Positions 42,122 to 50,941 of a stretch of 57,339 bases of DNA are shown one piece after another (the first letter of the stretch is position 1; the number at the start of each line of letters is the position of its first letter). The stretch is taken from IMG/VR virus record IMGVR_UViG_3300035659_000014, positions 1-57,339 of that record; one strand, given 5' to 3'. The position numbers and the translations under genes were made by a program. Source of the stretch: a virus (lineage: Duplodnaviria > Caudoviricetes). The notes beneath the pieces are model-generated. The model was not told where the DNA came from. It searched no databases and saw only the letters and a list, made by a program, of their open reading frames with translations.

Positions 42122-43729
42122 TCACTGGCCGGCCACTGCCGGCGCCTGGTCACCCGGTACGGGCATCGCGCCCGCCTGTTTCATCCGATCCACGAGCGCC
42201 TGACGTGCCGCCGCCAGCGGGGAGGCTTCCTCGGCTTGCTGATCGATCGCCGCCAGAATCTTGTTCTTCAAGTCGTCCGGCAGATCGGGCAGGAACTTGT
42301 CCACAAGTCGTTTCCGCAATTCCTGCTTGAACTCGATCGGCATCCCAAGGTTGAGCGCGGCTTGCGCTTCTTCGAGCAGATCCGCGAACGGCGTCACGTC
42401 GAAGGTGTCGGGGAAGCGCGTTTGAATGGCGTCCTTCATGTAGGCTTGCTCACCCTGGTCCGCGCCCTTGGTCGCCAGATAGAACAGTTTCGCAATCGCG
42501 TAATCGGCGCGCTCGATCTCGTCGGCGTACTGGGAGAGCTGCGTGTTCAAGTCTTCACGTTTCACCAACAACGAGCCAGTCGCTTCCGCATCGCGCGAGT
42601 CGGCTTCCCAGCCAATCCCGGCCAAGCGGAAGATCGCCCGCAGAAGTTTATCCTCGGCCCGCTCGTAGGCGGCCGTGTTCTCGGCGCCTGGCGACAGCAT
42701 CTCCGCCGGCTTGTGACTGAACAGGACGTTGCCTGTTCCGATCTGCTGACCGAGCAGGGCTTTCTCGCTTTCCACGGACCCCTCGTCCCCGATCGGGATA
42801 TTGATGATCGAGAACGTCTGCTTCCGCAACAGCTCGCGATGCTCCGAGATCAGGTTGTAGTAATCAATGAACAACGATGGATCGCCGAGCAGCGATGCAC
42901 CGATGAGCGGAATCAATGGCCGACGGTCGCCGAAGACGATGACAACCGGCAGGCAGCCGAATTGGTGCGCGCCCTGGTCGAGTTGTTTTCCGGTCTGGTC
43001 GTAGAGCCGCCACTCGTTCTCATCCACGTAGCGTACGCGGTACTGCGCGGTCTCGAACGGTTGGTCGAGGGCGGCGCGCGGCGCGGGTTCGAGAAACTTC
43101 ACGGCCTTCAACACGCCGAGCTCATCGACCCAATCCGGCACATCGATCGGCGTATACGTACGCAGGAATGGTTGCGGGGCATCGGCGGCCGTGCGTGTCT
43201 CGCCTGACGTAGGGGCCGCCTGCTTGGGCCGGTCCATGTAGAGATACACATGCCCGAATGTCGCGATACCCGCCCAAATCTGCGGCCAGAAATCATCGAT
43301 GTCCAGGCCGGCGCCATCCACGTTTGTCCACCACTTTTCGATCGGCGTCTCGCCCGTCTTGCTCCGCTTCGTGCCCCCGCCCATGATCCGCGTCGGACCC
43401 TGGCGGAACAGCGAGCCGGAGAACGCCTTGACGATCTTGCGCGCCCAGTTCTCGTACCGGGCGAGCCGACGCCGTTCGAGCAGTTTTGCCGTCGGCATCC
43501 GCGGGTTGGGGTTCTCAATCCAGGTTGTCGTTTCGATCTGCGTGTCCGGATCTGTAGTCTTGACCTTGGCCGAATGGTCGCGCCACTCGCGCGGATGCGG
43601 AATCAGGTAGGTGCCGTCGGTGAACCCTCCGATCCCCTCGAAGGCATGCGCGAGCTTCTGCCAGATCGGGAGCCACGCCTGGTAGAGCGGGTGCTGATAC
43701 TGCGTGAAGCGCTTGCCCGTTAGAGCCAT
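42122..43729 (-). CDS. Portal protein
   Basis: Follows TerL; YLIPHPRE, ARYENWARKIV, HQFGCLPVV. Confidence 0.85.
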   Translation of the reverse strand: MALTGKRFTQYQHPLYQAWLPIWQKLAHAFEGIGGFTDGTYLIPHPREWRDHSAKVKTTDPDTQIETTTWIENPNPRMPTAKLLERRRLARYENWARKIVKAFSGSLFRQGPTRIMGGGTKRSKTGETPIEKWWTNVDGAGLDIDDFWPQIWAGIATFGHVYLYMDRPKQAAPTSGETRTAADAPQPFLRTYTPIDVPDWVDELGVLKAVKFLEPAPRAALDQPFETAQYRVRYVDENEWRLYDQTGKQLDQGAHQFGCLPVVIVFGDRRPLIPLIGASLLGDPSLFIDYYNLISEHRELLRKQTFSIINIPIGDEGSVESEKALLGQQIGTGNVLFSHKPAEMLSPGAENTAAYERAEDKLLRAIFRLAGIGWEADSRDAEATGSLLVKREDLNTQLSQYADEIERADYAIAKLFYLATKGADQGEQAYMKDAIQTRFPDTFDVTPFADLLEEAQAALNLGMPIEFKQELRKRLVDKFLPDLPDDLKNKILAAIDQQAEEASPLAAARQALVDRMKQAGAMPVPGDQAPAVAGQ

Positions 43730-45162
43730 GACAGGTTCACCGGACCATCGGACCCGGACGTGCGCAACCGCCCGCCCGGGAACTCCACCGCGATCCAGTA
43801 GCCCAGGGCATCCGCCGGGTGCGTGTGCGTCTCGCCCTGTTTCTTCTCGAGCGCCTCGGTGCCGCTCTTGATCTTCGTCATCTGCAGCGAGCGCACGAGC
43901 GGGCGTGTCATGCAATCGCGCGCCGGCAGGGTCTTGCGAATGAAGAGCCGCATCTGTCCGAGCGCGTTCAGGAATGACGTGTTGACCGCGTTCAGGCGGG
44001 TCGCGACCGGCGGATTGCGCGTCGGGACCTTCGTCGTCAGCGGGCCGATCGTCGCCAAGCGCTCGCGGATGATCTCGTAATTGCTCTTTATGCTCGTGGT
44101 GGTGCGATTCTTCCCCGTCTCATCGCCGTAGATCACAATCCCCGGGGGCCACTTCGGGTAGCGCCGCACGATCTCATCGCAGGTTTCCATGACCGTGGAC
44201 CCGCCGTAGATCGTGATCCCATCGATGACACGCGCCTCGGGGCCGAAGGGCCCGGGCGACTGCTGCCCGATCACGCACGTCATGGGATCGACGTTGAAAT
44301 CGAACGTCAGGCGTAGCGGCAGTGCCGGCAGGATCAGTACGTCCGGGCGCCAGTGGACTTCCGCATCGAACATCGGGTAGGCGAGCGCGCCCGTCACATT
44401 CACGGCTCGTCCGCCCAGATAGACGAGTGCCTCGGCTTCCGTCAAGTGCGCGCGAATCTGGCGCACGAACTCCGGGTTCGCCCGCATCAGTTCGACGTTC
44501 TGCTGCGTCTCCATGACATACAGCCGATACTTCGCTTCCCGGTCGGCGCCGAAGTAATCCTGCAGGTACGTGATGCCCTCGGGCGTGCCGGCCGCCACCT
44601 TCTGCCGCAGCCGGGCCCGGACGTGGCGCACGCGCGCGCAGGTGTTGCGCCAGGCTTCATGGCTGATGGAATGGGGCTCGTCCGTCCCTGCAAACGCCAT
44701 GTTGGGACCGCGAATCCGCTCAGGCGCCTCGGCGGACACGAACTGAATTGGCCCGCCGCCGATCCATGACAGGACGTGCTTCGTCTGGTGATAGTGAAAT
44801 TGGTCGGCCGTGAGAAACCACGGCTCGCCGGTTGTCGGGTCCAGATCGATGAGCGTCGGCAGGATCGTCTCATCGACATGCCCGTACTCAGGGACGGTCC
44901 ACAGACCGGGCAGCGGCCGGTTGATCGCGGAGAGCCTGAGCATCTTCGCGAGCAACGTCATCGTCTTGCCGGCGCCCCATCCACCCTGTAGCAACAGGTT
45001 CCCGTCCGCCGTGTCGTCGTCGAAGAACAGCTCCTGCGGCGTGTCCGGAATGGGCGCCCAACGAAACGCGAGTCGGCCATTCGCGTTGATGACGGCCATC
45101 GTCAGGAGTCCCCAAGCCGCAATCGCCACGAGCAGCGCCAAGCGCACACGTCGCACACTCAT
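43720..45162 (-). CDS. terL: Terminase large subunit
   Basis: GGWGAGKT, RIRGPN..DE, AGTPEG, FDFNVDPM, THPADALGY. Confidence 0.93.
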   Translation of the reverse strand: MSVRRVRLALLVAIAAWGLLTMAVINANGRLAFRWAPIPDTPQELFFDDDTADGNLLLQGGWGAGKTMTLLAKMLRLSAINRPLPGLWTVPEYGHVDETILPTLIDLDPTTGEPWFLTADQFHYHQTKHVLSWIGGGPIQFVSAEAPERIRGPNMAFAGTDEPHSISHEAWRNTCARVRHVRARLRQKVAAGTPEGITYLQDYFGADREAKYRLYVMETQQNVELMRANPEFVRQIRAHLTEAEALVYLGGRAVNVTGALAYPMFDAEVHWRPDVLILPALPLRLTFDFNVDPMTCVIGQQSPGPFGPEARVIDGITIYGGSTVMETCDEIVRRYPKWPPGIVIYGDETGKNRTTTSIKSNYEIIRERLATIGPLTTKVPTRNPPVATRLNAVNTSFLNALGQMRLFIRKTLPARDCMTRPLVRSLQMTKIKSGTEALEKKQGETHTHPADALGYWIAVEFPGGRLRTSGSDGPVNLSWL

Positions 45163-45653
45163 TGCCCCTCCGGGGTTTTCAGCCCGCCATCCGGCAAGTA
45201 CCGGCCGCCGAAGACGACCGACGTGACGGCGATCGGGATCGAGCCGCCGCCCGGTCCGCCGATTTCAACGTGGTCGCGATACTTCTGCGGCTTCTCCGCT
45301 CTCAGTCGCGCCAGCAGAAGCATGTCCGAGTACTTTCTGACCGCTCCGCAGACCTTCCCCTGGTAGAACGCCGGCTCCAACCAGCCCTCAATCGCCCGTC
45401 GATCGGCTTCCCGCTCCAGCAGATCAGCCCGCTGCTCCCTGGCGTCCTCGAATGCCTTGACGTAGGCAGCATCCACCTCCAGCCAGTTGTAGTGCGTGCG
45501 CCGGCCGATTTTCGCTTTGAGACTCGCGTGGTAGACCGTGCCCTCCAGCATGTAGGCATCAAGGAATGCCCGCTGCAGATTTTCGGTGGTAGGTGGTTCG
45601 TGTGCCACGGAATGCGCCGTCACACGCCGAGCAGATTTCTTGCGCGTCGTCAC
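45159..45653 (-). CDS. terS: Terminase small subunit
   Basis: QRAFL..IGRRTHYNWL..LEREADRRAIEG..KYSDMLL..KPQKYRD; coupled to terL. Confidence 0.85.
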   Translation of the reverse strand: MTTRKKSARRVTAHSVAHEPPTTENLQRAFLDAYMLEGTVYHASLKAKIGRRTHYNWLEVDAAYVKAFEDAREQRADLLEREADRRAIEGWLEPAFYQGKVCGAVRKYSDMLLLARLRAEKPQKYRDHVEIGGPGGGSIPIAVTSVVFGGRYLPDGGLKTPEGQ

Positions 45654-45711
45654 GCCGATGATCGTACACCCGAGTTGGAATAGTGTTTACGAAACCCCCG
45701 GCGGGACGGAT

Positions 45712-45933
45712 TCAGTTCGAGGAAACCGTTGGGGTATTGATGACCGAACGGGCGCGGAACGTGGTGCCCTCGCCGACTTCGGCGGTCGCATCGTTGACGG
45801 CTGCGCAGAAGAACTGCCCGACCGTGAGCGAGCACGCGGTAGCGGCACGTCGTACCAAGTCGTACTCAGACTGACTCAGACGAAACGCGATGACTCTCAC
45901 AAGCGGCTCACCGCGAAGAGGCGGACGTGACAT
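45712..45933 (-). CDS. Ribbon-helix-helix regulator
   Basis: VIAFRLSQSEYDLVRRAA..LTVGQFF. Confidence 0.6.
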   Translation of the reverse strand: MSRPPLRGEPLVRVIAFRLSQSEYDLVRRAATACSLTVGQFFCAAVNDATAEVGEGTTFRARSVINTPTVSSN

Positions 45934-45972
45934 GTCGAATCCTTCCGATTCTATCGTGCGCCGAAGCGCCCT

Positions 45973-45992
45973 TTACCCGACCTTGCCATACC
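45973..45992 (-). repeat. Short GGY-NN pentamer tract
   Basis: GGT-AT GGC-AA GGT-CG GGT-AA just after the stop of 45999..46502. Confidence 0.55.
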
Positions 45993-45998
45993 CCAGGT

Positions 45999-46502
45999 CT
46001 ACAGATTCCCCTTGACCGCATCCAGCATCTTCGCAAGCGGTAGTTTGTCGTTCGCTTCTCGGACCGCGCCTTCGAGCTTCAGCATCGTCTGCGACCGCGT
46101 GACGTGCCGCAAAATCCCGAACACGCTGAGGCCGGCGTTGTGCTGGACCTTCGTGTCATTCGGCAGTGCCGCGAAGTCCTGCACGGAGCTCATCTCACGC
46201 GCGCCCATCGTCGCGGTTCGGCGAATGTGTCTCAGCCGCTGGCCAGCGGTTCCCACGATCCCGTGATCGTCCAGTCGCTTCAGCCCAACGTCGGTCACGA
46301 CGCCGAAGACGATCCGATCCTGCGCGAGCAACCGCCGACGCGCCGAGTGCAGAATGTGTCGCGCGCCGTTCTGCACGTCACGACCGATGGCCTTCGAAAG
46401 TTCCTCGTACGACACGATGGTGCCGACGGCCGATGCTCTCAGGGTGCGTTCGAGCACCTGCGTATCGACGCTGAGTTCTGGGACCGCTCGCTTCTCTGCC
46501 AT
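45999..46502 (-). CDS. wHTH-like hypothetical protein flanked by pentamer tracts
   Basis: AAGGAG SD; GTIVSYEELSKAIGRDV..VFGVVTDVGLKRL. Confidence 0.75.
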   Translation of the reverse strand: MAEKRAVPELSVDTQVLERTLRASAVGTIVSYEELSKAIGRDVQNGARHILHSARRRLLAQDRIVFGVVTDVGLKRLDDHGIVGTAGQRLRHIRRTATMGAREMSSVQDFAALPNDTKVQHNAGLSVFGILRHVTRSQTMLKLEGAVREANDKLPLAKMLDAVKGNL

Positions 46503-46515
46503 GATGAAAATCTCC

Positions 46516-46605
46516 TTGTCTTGCGTTACCAGGCCGTGCCAAGTCATGCCGGGCCACGTCGGAACGGGCCACGTCCTGTCATGTCCCATCGCGCCATGCC
46601 ATGTC
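46516..46605 (-). repeat. 18-unit period-5 GRY-NN tract (candidate guide-like ncRNA)
   Basis: 16 of 18 consecutive pentamers begin with G[GA][CT] on the minus strand. Confidence 0.85.
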
Positions 46606-46781
46606 CGCTTTTGGGCGCCGCCCCTGGCCGTCGGCCGACAGCCTGCCCGCCTTTCCGTACGGGTGTGGGACGGCGCCCAAACTGGATCCGCTGCTACCTC
46701 GGTGCTACTAACCGCTCGGGCTGTCCGCTCGGGGCCGCCGCCGTTGCACCTTTGAGCCCGGTCGGTTCGCCATCATGCCCT

Positions 46782-46994
46782 TTACCTGGCTCCTGTACGT
46801 TTCCCCTGGTCGACCCTCAGCTGCGCCAACGATCGCTCGGCTTTCACCGCTCGGTCCAGGCGGTCGACGTGCTCGTACCCGAGATCCCACCACATCCAGC
46901 CGGACGATGTTGGCGGGTACGGGTTCGTTCGAGGCTGGTTGTCTCCGCGCGCACGACAGCCTTCCCGGAAGTAGTCCTGGTTGAGCATCAGCAT
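46782..46994 (-). CDS. Hypothetical protein
   Basis: EGCRAR..NPYP..WDLGY short phage motif. Confidence 0.55.
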   Translation of the reverse strand: MLMLNQDYFREGCRARGDNQPRTNPYPPTSSGWMWWDLGYEHVDRLDRAVKAERSLAQLRVDQGKRTGAR

Positions 46995-47037
46995 GTTCTC
47001 GCCTCATTCGCTCTTGGCCCAAAAACCCTCGACCAGC

Positions 47038-47271
47038 TCACCACGCCGCGGGGACCGCATCGGCCTCGAAGAATGTGGCCGTCCGTCGTTGGATGACCGT
47101 CCCCCCGCAGCCGCAGCGCCAAGTCTCGACGAGCTGCCCCATCAATCCGGGATCGGTGCGCTCATCCGCATCCGGTCCGAGGGCCTCGTCAACGTCCGCC
47201 GCGATCCCATTGGCCATCTCGTCATCGACCAGGGGGAGGGGCGTCTGGTCGTCGTGCTGGTCGTTCGGCAT
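47038..47271 (-). CDS. Acidic hypothetical protein
   Basis: GGAGGAG SD. Confidence 0.55.
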   Translation of the reverse strand: MPNDQHDDQTPLPLVDDEMANGIAADVDEALGPDADERTDPGLMGQLVETWRCGCGGTVIQRRTATFFEADAVPAAW

Positions 47272-47357
47272 GCGCTCCTCCCTCGCTTGAGCTACTTAGT
47301 CCCTACTTGGATGCCGATCGCCCCGCCTGAGCCAACCTGAGCGGTTTTTCAGGCATC

Positions 47358-47663
47358 CTAGCTGCTGACCCCGATCACCGCCAGCGCTTCGTCCACGTTC
47401 CACACGAGATCCACGTCAGCGCCAGCCCTCGCAGCAGCCTCAACCCAATCGCACTCCGCATCAGTCAATCCGCGCTGGCTCAGTGGCTTTGAGCCATCCT
47501 TGACCTCCAGCACGCGCCAGCATCCGCGGTAGCCGACGAGCAAATCAGGGCAGCCTCGACCGACTCCGGCGAGTGACTGGACATGCGCCCCGCACTTCCT
47601 GAGTGCCTGGACGATCTCGGCTTGGTTCCGATCGACCCGCTGCCGCTGGCCTCGCTGAATCAT
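47358..47663 (-). CDS. VRR-NUC-like PD-(D/E)XK nuclease/resolvase
   Basis: VDRNQAEIVQALR..GCPDLLVGYRG..LEVKD. Confidence 0.85.
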   Translation of the reverse strand: MIQRGQRQRVDRNQAEIVQALRKCGAHVQSLAGVGRGCPDLLVGYRGCWRVLEVKDGSKPLSQRGLTDAECDWVEAAARAGADVDLVWNVDEALAVIGVSS

Positions 47664-48247
47664 CGAATCCCCTCTGGTGCGACAGTGGGCTGTCCGAGGT
47701 CCTCGGTACCGAGCGGTAATCCAACATTTCCATTCAGCCATCGCCGATACTTTAGGGCGGGACCTCGCGTGAAGTCCAGCACCGGAACCGGCTTCTCTCG
47801 GGCGACGACGCGCCACTCGATCAGACAACGACACGCACAACTATCGCCGACCCGCACCAACCAGCTTCGCTCACGCCTCATCCCTGAATCGGGCGCTACC
47901 CACTGCGTGTGAAACCAGATCACGTGCTCACGCGCAACGAACGCGGCACCCCGAATCAGCATCTGTTTCATCTGCTGGTTGATACCGGCGTACGGCGGAT
48001 CCAGGATCACGACGTCAAAACTATCCCGGCGAAAGGGCGGCAGCCAAGCGTCGCCTCGGACGTCAGGTCTCGTCGTCGGGTCAATGTCGAGTTTCGTTCC
48101 CCACCTCGCTAACCCGCCGAACAGTTGGAGCGTCGTCCGCCCCTTCGTGATCTCGCGGAGCAGCTTCTCCACGACCGGCGGATACGACCAGCGATTCGAC
48201 GCGCCTGCCCGATTATTGGGACACCACAACGTCTCAGGGCGATTCAT
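47660..48247 (-). CDS. DNA amino-methyltransferase (DPPY motif)
   Basis: LQLFGG, DIDP..PDVRGDA, FDVVILDPPY. Confidence 0.8.
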   Translation of the reverse strand: MNRPETLWCPNNRAGASNRWSYPPVVEKLLREITKGRTTLQLFGGLARWGTKLDIDPTTRPDVRGDAWLPPFRRDSFDVVILDPPYAGINQQMKQMLIRGAAFVAREHVIWFHTQWVAPDSGMRRERSWLVRVGDSCACRCLIEWRVVAREKPVPVLDFTRGPALKYRRWLNGNVGLPLGTEDLGQPTVAPEGIR

Positions 48248-48623
48248 GCGCTCCCCTCCGCCGCGAGACGTGATACCGGCAACGCCGGGGCGACTGGCAC
48301 ACGATCCGCTGGCCCCGGGCATTGACCCGACGTACCTGGCACGCATCCCGCTGGAATGTTCTGCCACACGCTGCGCACGTCACGGTGACGAGCACCGTCT
48401 CGGGCATCTTCCTCCGCTGGTACAACCGCGGTGCTGATCGCCCATCGCCGGTGCGCTGCTCGCCGATCATGGCGACCCCCCTGGGGTTGCTCGGCATCTC
48501 GGGCGTGCAAAGATCGCCGGCTGAGCACACGATGTCTACCTCGTGCAGATCCCGCAGGATGAGCGCCCGGCAGTATGGCTGGGCCTCGGATTCGGAGTAC
48601 AGGGCGGAGTAGTCGTAAGTCAT
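48234..48623 (-). CDS. Hypothetical Cys-rich protein
   Basis: CAACG; coupled overlaps. Confidence 0.4.
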   Translation of the reverse strand: MTYDYSALYSESEAQPYCRALILRDLHEVDIVCSAGDLCTPEMPSNPRGVAMIGEQRTGDGRSAPRLYQRRKMPETVLVTVTCAACGRTFQRDACQVRRVNARGQRIVCQSPRRCRYHVSRRRGAHESP

Positions 48624-49489
48624 GAGTGCCATTCTCGTACCCTCAGATCCGCCGGCCATTCAGTCGGATCCGCCCCCTTGCCCGTAATCGTTCTGAAAAT
48701 TCTGTCGCGCTCGGCGATGCCATCACGGACGGGGTTTGCCCCAAGTTGTTTTACGTACACTGACACGCCCGCCGCTTGGCACTGCTGGATGATGCTGCGA
48801 ATCCAAGCCGTGTCGCAAGGCCGCGCCTTTGGGCCCGATTCACCTCCAACGATCACGCCGTCGAGATGTTCATTCGGAACTTGGACTGGCACGACGTCGC
48901 CGTGTCGATCGCGCTCGCCCTCGCAATGCCACCCCCGAAGCCAGCCAGAAGACGAATGAACATCGCCGTCAAGATCCACCGGTTCAAGTAGCGGCTCGAG
49001 ACTTGCGATGCGCTTCGCCGCCGGCGTCTCGAGTAGCAGCGGCACGAACAGGTTGGCATCCGCCTGCGTCGAACAGGACACGCCGAGCGTCAGATTTCTG
49101 GGCATCGGAAACGCCGAGGTCCATATCTCTGCAAACCCGCGCGCCCGTCCCGGCCGCTTCGTCAAAACGATGTATTCGTGTTGCGGCGCCGACGTGCTGA
49201 TGGTCACGAAGACATCGTTGACGAACGCGAACGGCACGTCCTCGTGAAACAAATCGCCCATACTGCACACCAAGACGCGCCGCGGCTTTCTCCAGCCGCA
49301 GGGCAGAGCGAGCCGATCCATGTGCAGCACGATCTCCGAAAAGTCGCGGCCCTTCCACGATCCCATGCCGCGACGCGCGAAGGCCCGGGCGTAGCAGTGC
49401 TTGCAGCCCTCGGCAACCGGCGTACACCCATTCACCGGGTTCCAACTCGCCCCACCGTCCAGCCATTCGATCGCGCTCTTGTCGCTCAT
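48620..49489 (-). CDS. Phage Gp37/Gp68 (DUF5131) family protein
   Basis: KSAIEW..SWNPVNGCTPVAEGCKHCYA, SMGDLFHE, LTKRP, SLEPLL, VIVGGESG..ARP. Confidence 0.92.
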   Translation of the reverse strand: MSDKSAIEWLDGGASWNPVNGCTPVAEGCKHCYARAFARRGMGSWKGRDFSEIVLHMDRLALPCGWRKPRRVLVCSMGDLFHEDVPFAFVNDVFVTISTSAPQHEYIVLTKRPGRARGFAEIWTSAFPMPRNLTLGVSCSTQADANLFVPLLLETPAAKRIASLEPLLEPVDLDGDVHSSSGWLRGWHCEGERDRHGDVVPVQVPNEHLDGVIVGGESGPKARPCDTAWIRSIIQQCQAAGVSVYVKQLGANPVRDGIAERDRIFRTITGKGADPTEWPADLRVREWHS

Positions 49490-50469
49490 GTCCCCTCCCC
49501 GACGAATCGCACGCCGGCGCCGGGCTTCACGGCCTTGACCGCGGCGGCCAGTTGCAAGGCGTAGTGCTTCTGAATCCAGTCGGTCAATGGAGCTGGGCCG
49601 CGCACCGTAATCAGCCCGTCCTCTTCGGCTTCAAGGACACAGGGGCGGAAGTAGGTCTGGATCGTCAGCGTGTTCATGCCGTCCGATGCAGCGATTTTCT
49701 CGACGATACGAGACCAGGTGTCGTTCCTGGGAGCGGGCGGCTTGAACTTGGCCGCCATCGCTGCGATTGAATCCCAATCTTTCACGAAGACCTCCAACTT
49801 ATGCCCGCATTTCAACCAAAAGTCATGCTTGGCCGAGAAGAACACATCGATCCTCTCGCGGACCACATCGACCCCAAATTCCTTCACGAGTTGCTTGATA
49901 GCGCCAGAACGGTCCTTCGTGATTCTGGGATTCTGCCCGTATCTCGTCTTGAAGCACTCGCAGAATCGGGCAATGGCGGGTTGGGCACTGTCGGCGCCCG
50001 CCGAAGGCGGTACGTACGTCTTCCCTTCTCTTAAGTTCTCTTGAGTTCTCTTAAGGATGGTGTCCGGGAGTATCCCGGAGTTTCCCGGATTCTCCGGGAT
50101 AAGGTCTGCCGGCGGCGCAGCGAACCGAGATTGTTCGCCCCGGCGGTCCTTTCGTAGCCCTGGCTGGCCATCGTCGAATTTTAAAATCTGGATGACGATG
50201 CCTTCGCCAGCCGGATAGCGCAAAATGAGCCCAGCGAGACGCATGGCTTCGAGCGCCGCCTCGAACTCTTGTTCTGTTCGCCGCGCGGTCGGCCAGATCG
50301 CGTACTTCACGCCGTACGCGTCCCCAGCCAGCCGTCCGAACACATCGCTGTTGGTGATCAGCATCGGATAAAGCACCTGTGCGAACTCCCCGATCTTCGG
50401 CATCGCGCCAAGCGCTGCGAACTTGCGTGAACTGCCGAGCGTCCGCAGAACGATGCGACCTTGCGCCAT
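49486..50469 (-). CDS. Replication initiator (replisome organizer) with DnaA-N-like C-terminus
   Basis: LYPMLITNSDVFGRL N-terminus, internal iterons, TIQTYFRPC..DWIQKHY. Confidence 0.75.
   Translation of the reverse strand: MAQGRIVLRTLGSSRKFAALGAMPKIGEFAQVLYPMLITNSDVFGRLAGDAYGVKYAIWPTARRTEQEFEAALEAMRLAGLILRYPAGEGIVIQILKFDDGQPGLRKDRRGEQSRFAAPPADLIPENPGNSGILPDTILKRTQENLREGKTYVPPSAGADSAQPAIARFCECFKTRYGQNPRITKDRSGAIKQLVKEFGVDVVRERIDVFFSAKHDFWLKCGHKLEVFVKDWDSIAAMAAKFKPPAPRNDTWSRIVEKIAASDGMNTLTIQTYFRPCVLEAEEDGLITVRGPAPLTDWIQKHYALQLAAAVKAVKPGAGVRFVGEGT
50021..50100. repeat. Candidate replication origin iterons
   Basis: TTCTCTTRAG x3 (50026-50055) and TNTCCSGGAK x4 (50061-50100), both with 10-bp period. 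Confidence 0.7.
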
Positions 50470-50485
50470 TTACGCCCACCCCCGC

Positions 50486-50941
50486 TCAGTCGTTCATGAC
50501 CTCGAGCGTTTCGCCAAACAGGTTGTGGTACGTGACGGAGAGAATATCGCCGTCGTGCCACAGTTTCGGATCGCTACGCCGACCGTACATCCGGTTATTG
50601 AACATGACAACGGGGGGCCACTCACAAGATTTCAGGCCGAGCACACTGGCGTCGATTCGGGCGTGACCTATCGACCGCGCTTGGGCGTCCGGAGTCTTCT
50701 CGGTCGGCATCCATGCGCCCTTTCCGACGTTGCAATCTTGGCAGAGCGTCTGCAGGTTGCCGATTTCCGTCTCTCCGCCCTCGGCCACGGGACGGACGTG
50801 GTCAACCTGTAAGCGCGCTTGGGCCGCCGTGAGTCCACACGAGCGGCAACGAAACCCGTCGCGCTCGAACACGAGATACCGAAGGCGAAGAGGCACAACT
50901 CGGGGCTGGCCGGGTAGAATGAAGCTAGGCATGGCCGCCAC
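50486..50941 (-). CDS. HNH endonuclease (McrA-like)
   Basis: VFERDGFRCRSCG..VDHVRP..GG..NLQTLCQDCN. Confidence 0.9.
   Translation of the reverse strand: MAAMPSFILPGQPRVVPLRLRYLVFERDGFRCRSCGLTAAQARLQVDHVRPVAEGGETEIGNLQTLCQDCNVGKGAWMPTEKTPDAQARSIGHARIDASVLGLKSCEWPPVVMFNNRMYGRRSDPKLWHDGDILSVTYHNLFGETLEVMND

Noticed and set aside
46516-46605. CRISPR array, or coding N-terminal extension of 45999..46589
   Set aside because: No long repeats with spacers and no cas operon; the SD lies downstream of the tract and period 5 does not fit codons
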